64,000 bases of DNA from Podarcis filfolensis (taxonomy: Eukaryota): NCBI GenBank assembly GCA_964270895.1, contig OZ185435.1. One strand, 5' to 3'. Positions 37,470-49,648 of this stretch are shown one piece after another. Position 1 is the stretch's first letter, and every line of letters starts with the position of its first letter. The notes below the pieces were generated by a model. The model made no database searches, was not told where the DNA came from, and saw nothing but the letters and a program-made list of their open reading frames with translations. The translations under genes were made by a program, and so were the position numbers.

Positions 37470-38495
37470 TTGTGGTGAAGGTGGTATTAAGGGGGATAGA
37501 GCTTAGAGCGATGAAACAAGCTGGGAGATGGCTCAGATGCATTGGAGGAAAACTCCCGTCAAATGCAATTGAACACTGGTGAGGGCTCATCATTGAACCT
37601 TCCTAGTGGCAGTGAAGGCAGCAAAAGAGGCATACTTTGCTGCCTTCACTGCATCCTCATTGTGCCACCCAGCAGAGCTTTCCCAGTAGTGTGGGGCCTC
37701 TTAGAGTCTGGCCCGAAGGAAGAAACAGAGCTGACAGTAGCTCGCTGTGACCTGTTTGCAAAACATTTTGAGGATAAAATGGCTTTCATCCACTGGGACT
37801 CCACTGTTGCTGTCACTTGAGGCTCAGGTGGCCTCAGTGGCACCAGCTTCGGCTGGTGGCCCAGCTGCACCCCTATCTGGACAGGGATAGCCTAACTTGT
37901 GTTGTCCGTGTTCTGGTAACCTCTGGGTTAGATTATAGCAATGCATTATACTTGAGGCTGCCTCAGAAGATGGCTCAGAAACTTCAGTTGGTGCAGAACT
38001 CAGTGGCCCAGGGCAATATTGTTCGCACCAATCCTGCCCTGACTGCACTGGCTGCCAATTAGTTCCCAGGTACAATTCAAAGTGTTGGTTTTGATCTTTA
38101 AATCCTTAAACTGCTCAAGACCACAATACCTCGAGGACCGCCTCTCCCCATATGAACCAATCTGGACCCTGCAGTCATAATCTGAGGCACTTTTTTGTGT
38201 GCCTCCTCCACAAGAGTTCTGGAGAGCGGCAACATGAGAATGGGCCTTTTCTGCGCTGGCTCCCCACTTGTGAAATGCTCTTCCTAGGGAAGCTCGCCAG
38301 GCGCCATTGTTACATAACTTTAGGCTCCAGGCAAAACATTCCTCCCCACCCCCCGGCCTTTGGCCAATTAAACTATGGGGGGTATTGCTTTTGTTTGCTA
38401 CTGTGTTATATATTTTTGTGTTTTTATATTATAAACCACCATGTGATCTTTGGATGAAGGGGATATAGAAATTTAATCAATCATCATCATCATCA
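37470..38495 (+). mobile_element. L2 LINE, decayed, with a large internal deletion
   Basis: Linker peptide ARCDLFAKHFEDK...DSTV abuts (about 37815) thumb/C-terminal peptides QLRLVAQLHPYLD...LVTSGLDYSNALY, LHWLP...FKVLVL, AFS..AP; (CAT)n tail. Confidence 0.85.
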
Positions 38496-39298
38496 TAATG
38501 AGGAATAGACCTTTGTTGGCATATTTTTCATAGTTGCATCCTTTCAGTACCTGAAGTGGCTCATTTACTTGTACCATCAAAACTGTAGATAGAAAAATGG
38601 AGAATTAATTCTTTACTGTCAAGTTGTTGTAGGGTTTAGCTTTGATACATACAAAGGCCCTTGACGTCTTAAGAATAGGCTTTAAAAAGTTTTTAGGCTT
38701 CTGTAAGGATTTCTTAAACGGTAGCAGGTTTGAGTATATGTATCGGCTAGAATAACTGACATTACAAAGATGTTGTTTGAGACAGTTAGTGGCTGTAGGT
38801 CTTTCAGGCTGTTAGTCATTCCCCTTCTATGCGCGTTTATATATCCAAATTACCAGTGGCTTGGTGTCATGTTCTGAGCATTGAAACCCATTGAATAGGT
38901 CTACTAATCCCATCCAGAAACAGAAGAGCAGATCAGGCTGAGTCAGGAGGTGCTGCAGAATAACTGGCATTTCTGTGCTGATTTTGAAGGTTGGAAGATT
39001 GTTGTACCAGCATTGCCATAAGGCTGAACTGTTCTGTAACCTGGCCTGCTAATAAGTCGTTCTAAATGTCAATCATGGCAGAACATTATGTGAAATGGCA
39101 GGTTTATTAAAGTGGAAGACCACCAGCCACTAATTCAGCATTCTGGAAAAATAGGGGACAGTCATCTTCAAGATGCAGTGACTTCCCTGTTTACTTCTCC
39201 TCTGATAGAGTGCAGATGCAGGATGAAAGGCACTTTTGCATGTGGATTACCACTGATGCTTTGTGTCTGTGGCGTAAGATATGTTAAAACTAGAAGTG

Positions 39299-39588
39299 AA
39301 GTGTAGCTGCTGATCAGACCACATACAGATGGAAAGATTCCTTCTGTCTGAATATGCGTAAGCGGATGGGCTCTTCATACTTTGCAATCCCGAAGGGTGA
39401 AAGTGCAACCCCACAGAACAGCCCCAAGGACGTTTGGCAAGGCTGCAGCATACAGATTCTGAAGCTGGATCCCAAGGTAGACCTTTGTTCTCTGGATGAC
39501 ACAGCTTGGGAGAGCTGGATCGTATCCTAGGCTACTCTTCCCTCAAGCACATGGAAATAAAGCTGAATGCCAAAAACAAAACAAACAA
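39299..39588 (+). pseudogene. Retroposed sequence of unidentified origin (retrocopy 3' end or unrecognised LINE end)
   Basis: 13-bp TSD aaaactagaagtg (39286-39298, 39589-39601) at a TT|AAAA site; AATAAA 39556-39561; A-rich tail 39572-39588. Confidence 0.75.
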
Positions 39589-40107
39589 AAAACTAGAAGT
39601 GGAAGTTTTACTCTTTTGTTTCAACATAATCATGTGGTAATTGTTCCTTTTGCTGGTTGATTATTGATCGTAGAAATTTTCTAGAAGACCTTACATTGGA
39701 AATAGATGACCTGTTACTATGCAGAACTCATATGCAGATAAAATATTTCCATGCTTTGAGGCATGCTATATAGTGTGTGACATTTTGCTAAAGGGAAATA
39801 ATCAGTGTGTGTTGTAACTGGACCTCCTAAATTATGAATCACCAGTTCTTGTGTGCTAATGGTAGGAAACATTTCCTGAACACCCTAGTCATGTGAGGAA
39901 GTGAGATGATTTTTAATAGCTGCTGTATATTGCAGTTATAAATATTAAATTGTAAACATTTCTCTTCCTTCAAATCATTCCTGAAAAAACACCTACTCTT
40001 TTTCGTCTTTCATTTACCCCCTCAGACATTATGCATACTAAATGCTTAAATGCACATTGTTTTCTGATTTTTTTTTACCCATTGTCTAACTTGGTTCCCA
40101 TCAGAAC

Positions 40108-40348
40108 TATGCATTTAAAGCAGTATCCTACCACTTTAAACAGTTAATGCTTCTCTCAAATATTCCTGGGAACTGTATTTTGTTAAGGGTGCTGGGAGTT
40201 GTTAGGAGACCTTCATTCCCCTCACAAAGCTAACATTACCAGTGTTACATGGGAAGAGAGATGGATAGTTAAACCACTCTAAGAATTGTAGGGTGAGCGG
40301 AACAGGGGGTTTCCTAATGACTCTCAGCACTGTTAACAAACTACAGTG
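40108..40348. mobile_element. Palindromic MITE (tttaaagcagtat... family)
   Basis: Internal inverted arms gttaagggtgctgggagttgttaggagacc / ggtttcctaatgactctcagcactgttaac; homologous to 28478-28666. Confidence 0.65.
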
Positions 40349-42014
40349 AAACTCCTAGGTAAATGTATATAGAACTGCAACCTTAGATTGAAAACTCCTT
40401 GGGGGAAATATGTCTCACTTGCATGCATAATGAGTTATTGAATGGAAAAGAACCTTCTGTCGACACAAGGCTTTTGAGGGATCCTGCAGAAGGAACAGGG
40501 AGCTGATTTTCACTCATTCCCCCCTTTCTTGCAGCTACCTTTGCTTACTTGAAAATCTGATCTGGTGAGTTGGGGGACCCTCTGGAATAGTGTGGGTGAT
40601 GTCATTGGTGGCTGCCAGGGAAACGGGAAATAAGTCTGAACCCAAGCCTATGAAAACAACCATGAATACATGGTTGAGTTTATGATCATTTTCTGCTTGG
40701 ATGTGCCTTTGGTTTTCTACTCATTGATTCATCCTACAGAATAGGATTCAGAAAGCATCATATGTGTCTGCAGTAACCTCTTGCCCCCCTCATTATCATC
40801 CTTCTCAGCTAAGCGGTAATGGTTGAGCACCTGTAGGCCAGAACATGATTCCCCTAAACTGGTTCTGGGTCGTCCCCCCCCCAACCCTCCAGAGCAGATT
40901 TAGGAATAAGGGTGGGGGGGGGCATTCTATTTTGCAAGCAGACCTCATTCTGTGCAAGCAACAACTTAGTTGAATTCCTGCCCATAGGTATTTTATGTCT
41001 AGTACTGAGCGAGTTTGTCTACAAACAAAGTGAAACTCTCCAGGTTCAGTATGTGTAATAAAAAAACCGAACGTAAATTACCATATACAGCCAGGCTTCA
41101 GAAATATGAAAAGCTTATGAAAACGAATTGGAACCCATTTGTACTCTTGAGGATGATATGATAATAAAAATGTAGATTGTGTGGGCCCAAGAAATGACAT
41201 TTGGAATCACATCTTCATTCCATTCCTGAGGAAAATAGCATGATTAGATTCTTCCCCCTAGGAATCTTAGCAACTAATCTGGATAAATTAAGTCATTCCT
41301 GCTGAGTGTAATTAATTTTGAAGCAAATCTAATGCTTCATGGTGTTTCTAGTATTAGGCTTGCTTGCTTAGATTTTGCTGATTATAAGCGGTATGCTTAA
41401 GGTCAAATTCTGCCTCCAGATACATGTGTTTCTGTCCCATTAACCTTAGGGGCAGCCACATGCACATACATATTTGAGTATTGGGTGGCCTCTTGTGGCT
41501 TATGAGACATTGACAGGGGAGAAGGAAACAGAACGCTCCCCACTTAAAACAAGTCTAGCAACAATATTTGTTGTTTCAATTCTGTCTCTATTGGTGCCTT
41601 TACTGAAATGACAAAAAGAGGTAAAGCAGTTGTATGTATGTATATATTCTGAAGCAGATGCTACTGTAAGAATAGTATGTATAATTGTAGCTTTTAAAGA
41701 CAGCAGAACTTAAGATATTTTTTCAGGGTAGATTTATTCTGTTTTCAAACCTGTACGACTGCAGTGGAATTTTTATTTTATGGAATACTGAAATAGATAA
41801 CTTTGAGAAGCCAGTTACAGAAGAGGAAAAGAGAAGGTGGGGCGACGCTAATCTCTGAGATGAGCTTTGCCTCACATGTTTGAGTTCTAAAACAGAAATA
41901 TGGATATATTTCAGTATAACCCTGCCATCCTAACTTTCCCTTATTTTTCGTTAGTTCATCTTCCAGTCATAATTGCCTGGCAGTGTTGTTTTTTCTTTAT
42001 GTTACCATGGATGT

Positions 42015-42183
42015 CATAGGGACATAGGAAGTTGCATTATGCCAACTCTGATCATTGGTCCATCTAGTTCAGTATTCTGTACTCTGACTGGCAATGGCTC
42101 CTAGCCCTACCGGGAGATGCCAAGGATTGTATGTGGAACCTTCTGCATGGTAAGCAGATGCTGTACCACTGAGCTTCAGTCCA
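42015..42183 (-). mobile_element. Squam3-like tRNA/CORE SINE
   Basis: Reverse strand agctcagtggtacagcatctgctt..catgcagaaggt...ctagatggaccaatg...cttcctatg with a repeated (cctatg) tail. Confidence 0.8.
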
Positions 42184-42761
42184 CAGTGGGGGGAGGTGGG
42201 GAAGCTACTTGCTGGGGGCAGGGGTAGACAGCAATTGGTTCTCTCTTCCATTCCAGTATCATTTTTCTCTCTTTCAATCAACTGTCTTTTCTAGGACTTA
42301 ATTTATTATTTCCTGGAGAGGGCACCATTACGTTGCCCTCATTTTGTTCCATTGCTAATTAATGGGAAAAGTAATTCCAGAATTAAACCATGATTATAGC
42401 TAATGCCTCTTTTCCATCTTCCTAGTAATATTGTTTTCCTGCAGTCATACATAACATCTGTAAAATGTTCTAGCTAGGAAATAGTTTCCTGGGTTTATCT
42501 ATTAGCAGCCATAGCTAAATATTTGGTCAGGAGGCCACAAATTATGACTGGACTTGGTAGCCATGTGTTCATTTCCACTAGCCAACTTTGAAATTTTAAT
42601 TTATCATTTGTCCAACGTAGTTATGAAATTTTGTATGTGTGTAAGATTTTTAATTTGAACCCGAGATGCATTCCATAGCTTTTGGCAGGGTTTCTTGTTC
42701 CATTTCAAATTGTATTCACATTAATGCTGAACTTTTTTCAGTCACTCAGGGAGAGGGGAAG

Positions 42762-42763
<2 letters not shown>

Positions 42764-42801
<38 letters not shown>
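42764..42801. repeat. (CA)n microsatellite
   Basis: Visible directly. Confidence 0.97.
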
Positions 42802-42803
<2 letters not shown>

Positions 42804-43240
42804 TGCAGGAGAAATTAAGTAAAATTAGGGGCCAGTTGAGAGATATGTGGGTGTGGCATTACTTTTAATAAAACTCAGCTGAATCACCACAGTAACAACA
42901 TAGCATTTTAAAAATCCAACTTTAACCTATCTTTATGGATCAGTTCCAGATAGTATCTTTTTGGAGATGAATAGGACCAACAGATGAGTTAATGCATGTT
43001 TCTCATGCCAGGAAAAGTTAATACTTGCTAGCTGGGGATTCCTGGTGCTTCTGCTGAGAAGGGCAGAGTGCCTGAAATCTGGCGGAAGTACAGCATTTTT
43101 CTTGAGATTTGTTGCCACACCAGTTAACTACTAATCAGATACTCTATCGCCATCCAAGAACAGACCCTTGGTAGTTTCTTCCATGGACTCATAACAAAGG
43201 GTCCTTGGTGGAATGTAGAGAAATGGAGCTATATACTAGT

Positions 43241-43241
43241 T

Positions 43242-43277
<36 letters not shown>
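43241..43277. repeat. (GTA)n microsatellite
   Basis: Visible directly. Confidence 0.97.
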
Positions 43278-43508
43278 ATACCACCTTTCTTTGAAAGGTT
43301 GGACAAAGTCTGACCCTAAACATATTTCTGAATGCACTGTACAATCTTTTCCTGTCAAATAAGTGTTCTGTGGCTGTGGATAATTATTGGGTTTTTATAT
43401 AATCATTCTATCATCTGCCATATTTGATGCTCATTTCCAAGATTTTAATTGGCCTATTTTATAAAAGTGTTTAAAAAAATAAAATAAATAAACCATGTCA
43501 CCTCGTCA

Positions 43509-43677
43509 GAGCCTTTGTAGGATGAAAACATATGTTCTTCATGCAGAAGGTTTCGGGTTAGATCCTGAACATCTCCAGGTAGGACTAGGAAATAATCCTT
43601 CCAATCAGAGTAGATAATACTGAGCTAGATGAACCAATGATCTGACTTGGTGTAAGTCAGCTTCCTGTATTCCTATG
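43509..43677 (+). mobile_element. Squam3-like tRNA/CORE SINE
   Basis: catgcagaagg...catctccaggtagg...aatactgagctagatgaaccaatgatctgact...cttcctgtattcctatg. Confidence 0.78.
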
Positions 43678-44249
43678 TAAGTACCAAAAATATACAAATC
43701 TATTAACCTTTATCAGGCAGATATTATGGCTCATATTGGTTTGCCTTAGCTTTGAAAGTTCAATCTGGCAACCGCAGCAAGTATGTCCCACACAGCTCTG
43801 CCTTTAAAAAATCCTAGACTTGGGAGATTTTTTTGTTTAAGCACTAGGAAAGGCAACCCTAGAGAAAATACTGCCAATATCAGCACAAACTCACATTTCT
43901 GTTTCTCTGTTGGGGTGCTTTCATCTTCAAAGAAGTTTTTTATTGCAAAAAAAACCCTACCAAAGTGCATACATTTTTGTGTGTGTGAACATGACAGTTT
44001 GCTTTGTAGGCTTGTTTTTTCACATTTAGAGCACTCCTGTGCTAAGCCTTTTGTAAGCAGGGCCTGCAGATATGTGGGGAAATAGCTTATCTTAATGATA
44101 ACTTAAAATATCATAAATAGTAAACCTCTTCAATATTGCTGGTCTGAAACACTACACAAATTCCTGTTCTTGAATTGCTGCAATTAATATTTACTTTTTC
44201 AAGTGTTCAATGAATCATAATTTAAAGGTTCTTATTAGTTAACTAAATC

Positions 44250-44386
44250 CAGAGCTATTTTTCTAGAAAAAGAGGTTGCCGGAACTCACCATGAACATCT
44301 CTCTTGTTCTCTTATAATGGCAATGGCGCCCACCAGAGAGGTGCCGGAACTGAGTTCTAGTGAGTTCTGGCTGGAAAAAAGCCCTG
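44250..44386. mobile_element. hAT MITE (137 bp)
   Basis: TIRs cagagctattttt / aaaaaagccctg and a perfect 8-bp TSD actaaatc. Confidence 0.9.
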
Positions 44387-44524
44387 ACTAAATCCAATCA
44401 AGTTAGAATTCCTGGCGCTTACAGAGCATGTTTCAGGAATTTGAGGTTTGAAATTCCATTTCTGAAGCGCATAAAGCTGTAAATGTTAACTCTTTGAAAA
44501 ACTGACCTACCCACCAATCACATA

Positions 44525-45790
44525 TCTCTCTATATATAATAAAATTGGAACAATGTCATTGCATAGCCCCCATTAGAGGATTTGTAGTGTCACATCACAA
44601 TCCTGGATTTGCATGAAGTCAGGATGGGGTGTGGAAGCAAAAGTGAAGGCAGGTTGCAAAACAGCATTGGGCATGGCATGGGAGTGAACAAAGAGGGACA
44701 CTGACAGAGGAAAAGTGGTTTAAAACAACAGCAGAAGTTTGAGTAATGCAGGAATGGAGAGAACTGAGAAGAAAATGGTGGCTTAAAACAATGGCAAATG
44801 TTTGAGTAAAATACAGTGAAGTTGCTATTGAATATTTGAGGGTTCCACAGCCTTTATCTTTCTTATATGCCACATCTGAAGAATGAAAGAGGGGGACGTT
44901 TGAGTACATCAAGAATGGAGAACCACTGAAAGGGGGGAAGCGGGTGTTTTAAACAATGGTGGGAGCTTGGGCAAAGTGATGGTTAGAGCAGCATTTAGGA
45001 GGAAATTGTGGTTTTAAATAATGGCAGAGGTTTGAGTAGAGTGATGAATGGGTGACATAGTGGTAAAGTGGTAGTTTAAAGGAAGGTTTGAGTGAGAAGG
45101 GAGCTTGGGATGGCTCTGTTATGTTAGATTTATGATGTTGGCTTTTGTGTTGTACCCATTCCTGTTCTTTCTCCTTGTAAAAACAATTTTTTAAAAAATC
45201 TAGCAGTGTTTCTCCACCCCCACTCAACTCAAACTTCTGCTGTTGCTTAAAACAGCCACTTTTCCGCTTTCAGTGTGTCTTCCTTTTCGCTGTATTCAAA
45301 CTTGTCCCTCTTCAATTCCTCAGCTTGCTCATGAGTGTGAGTGAGATGTGGGGCCCTTAAATATTCCATGGTACCTTCATGCACTGTATTTCTAGATTTT
45401 CAATGTAATATGGAACATACATTTTGTTAACAAGCAAGCACCCATATATGTACAACATCCATCAACGAGGAGTGCAAAGTAGGGATGAAAATGGGATTGA
45501 AGATGAAAGCAGGGGCATGAAAGGATCTGCAAAGCAGGAGGGGGTGGTGACTTCAGAAGGTGCTTAGTAGTTGCAGTGTGCGGGAGGAGGAGAACAAAAG
45601 AGGTCACCTTGGGGCTGGTTGGTGTCCAAGAGGGGGTTAGCACAAAAAGAGGTGGAGGCATGGCCATGGAGGTGAAGGTGAAAATGGGTGCAAAGGGGGT
45701 GCATAATAGAAGAAAGAAGTGGCTGCAGAAATGGGTTTGGGAAGGTGAAAAGCAATCTTGGTAGCTGTATGGAGTGGGAAGGGGATACTC
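44525..45790 (+). mobile_element. Possible non-autonomous Helitron-like region with degenerate ~60-bp repeats
   Basis: a|TCtctctatatataataaaa resembles a Helitron 5' terminus; repeated gtggttt(t)aaaacaa.ggcaga.gtttgagt units; no confident 3' CTAG/hairpin. Confidence 0.35.
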
Positions 45791-45795
45791 CAGGG

Positions 45796-46045
45796 CATGG
45801 TTAGGCAAACTAAGACCCAGGGGCTGAATCCTGCCCAATCGCCTTCTAAAAACGCCCGCAGACAATCTGGGAATCAGTGTGTTTTTGCATGAGTAGAATG
45901 TGTGCTTTTATTTAAAATGCATCTCTGGGTTATTTGTGGGGCATTAGGAATTCGTTCATTTCCCCTGTCAAAATATAGCCTGGCCCCCCACAAGGTCTGA
46001 GGGACAGTGGACTGGCCCCCTGCTGAAAAGGTTTGCTGACCCCTT
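45796..46045. mobile_element. hAT-Charlie MITE (OposCharlie1/OC1-like termini), 250 bp
   Basis: Termini catggttaggcaaac / gtttgctgacccctt; right end gagggacagtggactggccccctgctgaaaagg; perfect 8-bp TSD ctccaggg. Confidence 0.85.
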
Positions 46046-46499
46046 CTCCAGGGGGTACCATGGGAGAATGGCAGGGGGCTTGGTAAATGGAGTGAGCATG
46101 GGCACAGCCCCAAATATTACCATATACGTTAAAGCAGAGTTACTTTCATGATTCAAACCGTATAATGTGAAGGTGCTAGTGGCCTTTAGGTAGCAAGTGA
46201 GATTATTTGCAATACCTTTTGAACAAAAAAAAGAAAGGCTCAAAAGCTTAATGTAAATCCCAGGAAAATCTGCCTAGTTAGGGCCAATGATTTAAAACCT
46301 ATACCAAAGGGATTAGTTTAGCAACTTGTTAATTATGTATCTTTGTTTTTCCTCTAAAGATTTGTTGTATTTTGTAAACCTCAGAGTTCATACTAGCAGA
46401 TGGTAGGTGGTGCTGTTTTGGCAACATAAGGGGTGGCACTGAGAGAATTGAGTTTGCTGTTAGTATATGTGACATAATATTTATGTACCTCACGCAACA

Positions 46500-46757
46500 T
46501 TGTTCTACCTCCACAGTTGGAGGCTGTATGGCTCTGAATGCCAGTTGCTGTAACCCAATGAGATGGCTGCGGTTAAAGAACTAAATTGTGATGGTGGTTG
46601 TTTCTGCTGCTGCTGGGAATCACAAGTGGGCAGAGCACTATTGTACTCACGTCTTGTTTGTAGGGTTTCCATAGACATTTGGTTGGCCACAGTGAGAACA
46701 GGATGCTAGACTAGACAGGCCATTAACCTGATTCAGCAGTGTGTTTCTTAACATTCT
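46500..46757 (+). mobile_element. CR1 LINE 3' fragment
   Basis: ttggttggccacagtgagaacaggatgctagactaga...gccatt..cctgattcagcag. Confidence 0.75.
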
Positions 46758-47143
46758 GTTTATATAATTAGGAAGCGGAGTCCGTGCCACTCATGGTAAT
46801 GTATTACTTTGTTAAAGTGTTGAAGTTTTGAGGCACTCGATCTGGAAAAAAAAAATCCCATTATCTGTTTACACAAAGAGAGTAGAAAAGACAGGAAATT
46901 ATTCATTTTTATGTTTGTCTCATTGGATTTTTAGCCTGCTTGGTCCTATAGGCTCCATGTGCCTAACACTACTTTAAAACATATACACAGAAGCCAGTCA
47001 AAACGAAAGAATTAAACAAGCTCAACAGAGGTTAAAAGCCTATGCCCATTGTTGACAAGTATCCTAGTGGACATTTCCAGATCTTTTATAACCAACCTCA
47101 TTACCTATTTCTACCCCAGGGCAACACAAGAGCAGGCCCAACT

Positions 47144-47144
<1 letters not shown>

Positions 47145-47212
<68 letters not shown>
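47145..47212. repeat. (CT)n(GT)n compound microsatellite
   Basis: About 25 CT units followed by about 8 GT units. Confidence 0.97.
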
Positions 47213-47778
47213 CACTCCTAAGGATTAGACTCCATTTCAATCTTTCTACGCTAAATGCTCTGTTCTTCCTCCCCTCCAGGTGAATCAAATATTTTCCCTT
47301 TCTGTAGTAGGAACTTGCAAACAATGTCATGGACATTAATTTCCTTTCTTAAATCATTATGCATTGTTATTCTCTTTGGAAACCTTTTCCACTGGCTTTA
47401 ACAAGAAATTACTTGTATAGGATTCCCTCACCTGTTTTACTAGTAATGTTTATGATGCCACAGCTAGACGTGCCCAGGCATAATTTGCCCAAACTACTTT
47501 TACTTTATTGGTTCTATAAACGTTTTTCAACACCTCATTGATCTAATGAACCATCAAGGATTTCCAAGGTGTTTAACAAAACAAAAACACCCTTTGTGTG
47601 TAAACAAAACCTATTCTCTAATCGGCCTTTCTTTTTGCTAGATTTCTTCAGTGGTGTCAATGTTCCCATCCTTGTGGCTGCAAATTACAAAGTCAGATGG
47701 TAGAAATGTGTGAAGCTGCTATTTGTAGATAAAATAGTGAAGGAAAATAATAGCCTGGTGCTCCATTTCTCTCTTAGA

Positions 47779-47955
47779 GGAAGAGCCAGAGCTCAGTGGT
47801 AGAGCACAAATTCTGCATGCAAAGCAATCCCTGGCATCTCTAGGTGGGGCTGGGACGGATTTTTTTCTGGCTGAAACTCTGGAGGACTGCTGCCTGTCAG
47901 TTTTAGCGTTACACAGTTGACAATGTTCCTAAATACTACAGTGTTCCTAAATACT
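47779..47955 (+). mobile_element. Squam3-like tRNA/CORE SINE
   Basis: agctcagtggtagagca...tgcatgca...aatccctggcatctctagg...gggctggga; duplicated tgttcctaaatact tail. Confidence 0.75.
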
Positions 47956-48139
47956 GCCTGAAAAATCACAACTCATCTTCATGTGGTCTCCTCATCAACA
48001 AGGCTGGTTTCATGAGAGCTGTTGTGTTTTCTGTTCGGTACTATTTCCAATGCACTGAATCTTGATATTTTCTCGATCGGAAACTGCCAATCTGTGTACT
48101 AGGACACACCAGCTGACGTCATGAGAGAGATGAAGTGTA

Positions 48140-48365
48140 CAGTGGTACCTCGGGTTAAGAACTTAATTCATTCTGGAGGTCTGTTCTTAACCTGAAACTG
48201 TTCTTAACCTGAGGTACCACTTTAGTTAATGGGGCCTCCTGCTCCCACCGTGCCGTCGCCGCACGATTTCTCTTCTCATCCTGAAGCAAAGTTCTTAACC
48301 CGAGGTAATATTTCCGGGTTAGCGGAGCCTGTAACATGAAGCATCTGTAACCCGAGGTACCGCTG
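48140..48365 (+). mobile_element. Tc1/mariner (Tigger-like) MITE, 226 bp
   Basis: TIRs cagtggtacctcgggtta / taacccgaggtaccgctg; TA TSD; homologous to 54420 and 58073. Confidence 0.92.
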
Positions 48366-49568
48366 TATGTTGAAAAATTATCACCACATTGGATGCACCC
48401 ATTGTTGTGTGCCGCTTGTAGTTAGGAGACATTGCATAGCATTGATTGTCTCCCTGTCAATATAGGGAAATTATAATTTAAATGAATTACAATTTGAAAG
48501 AAGAGAGCTTTTAAACCCACAGTCATGCCCCTCCAATGCAGGTGGCAACATGCCCATTTGGCATTGTTGTGCCCCTTCCCCTTCTGCACCAGCTGCAAAT
48601 AGCACTCCTGGTCCTAACACTGCATGAAGTTGCCCTTGCACCCATTCATAACATCCCTGGGGTGGAATTTTCCTAACACATTCACAGAAAGAGATCATTT
48701 CAAGTATAAACGCAAATCTGTTAAATTTCCTTTTTGTTTTACTACTTTTTGCCTCTGGGGTTTCAATAAAAGGACTTAAATTCATGAGTCAAGCACTTAA
48801 TATTGTTCCTACATTGACATTTGTAGGCACACAGTTTATTTCAAAAGAGGAAAAACTAGACGTAGGTTTGCATTCATTAATCACGGCAATTTAATTAACG
48901 AGCTGCCCTTCAAGATGGAGCATTCATGCGGTTCTGTGCTACAGTGCAACTGGAATGAGCATCTCAGGCTGCACTGAATGAGTTGCGAGATGACTCCTTC
49001 TTAAAATATGGGAAGGGTCTAATGAGAGGGATGTTGGAGCCCTTTGAGAGAAGGATCCAGAGCCTGTTTGGGATGAAGGACTGAGCCCGGTGAAGAGAAG
49101 ACCAATGGGTTTTTGCTGGGTGTGCTCATTCAGAAGCTACCTATTTGTCTAAAATGTTCCATCTAAATGAGGAAAAGGGGGTGGGGTGGGTAAAGAAGCA
49201 TATACCAAAAGGGATTTCCTCTGTGACTTCTAACAGCACATACCAATCTGCAGTCAGTTGGGTGGATGGGTGCATAGTAGAGCATCAAGTAGACTGAAGA
49301 AATAAGATGACAGCCAGGGTGGCAAGAGCAGTGTGACAGAGCAAAGCAAACCAGCAGGAAAAAGGACCATCTTGTGGCAGGGAAGTTAATATATTGATTT
49401 TTGGCAGCAGCAGGTGCTAATTGGACAGTGGCCTAATTGGTGGCAGCAGTGGTTGCAATTGGCAGGCTGCACAGACCAAGGGCAAAGACCAACTGTGAGC
49501 CATGTGTTGTGCTCCTGTGCCCTATTGGGGAAGAGGATTCACTGATAGGATGCCACCACAGATACAGG

Positions 49569-49648
49569 CCGTGCTTTTTTCTGGGGGTACTCAAGGATAG
49601 GCAGTATCAAAATCTTATTTTTTAAAAAAAAATGTTTAAAAAGCACTG
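49569..49648. mobile_element. hAT micro-MITE, CAGTGCTTTTTT family (80 bp)
   Basis: TIRs ccgtgcttttt / aaaaagcactg; perfect 8-bp TSD gatacagg. Confidence 0.9.

Noticed and set aside
39299-39571. Faint peptide resemblances of the retrocopy to RPS27 (LC.P.G.K...TE) and RBX1 (C.LD...WE)
   Set aside because: Short, frame-inconsistent and wrongly spaced; not enough to name a parent gene.
45392-45865. 157-aa minus-strand ORF
   Set aside because: Low-complexity product of the C/T-rich strand, and it runs into a hAT MITE.
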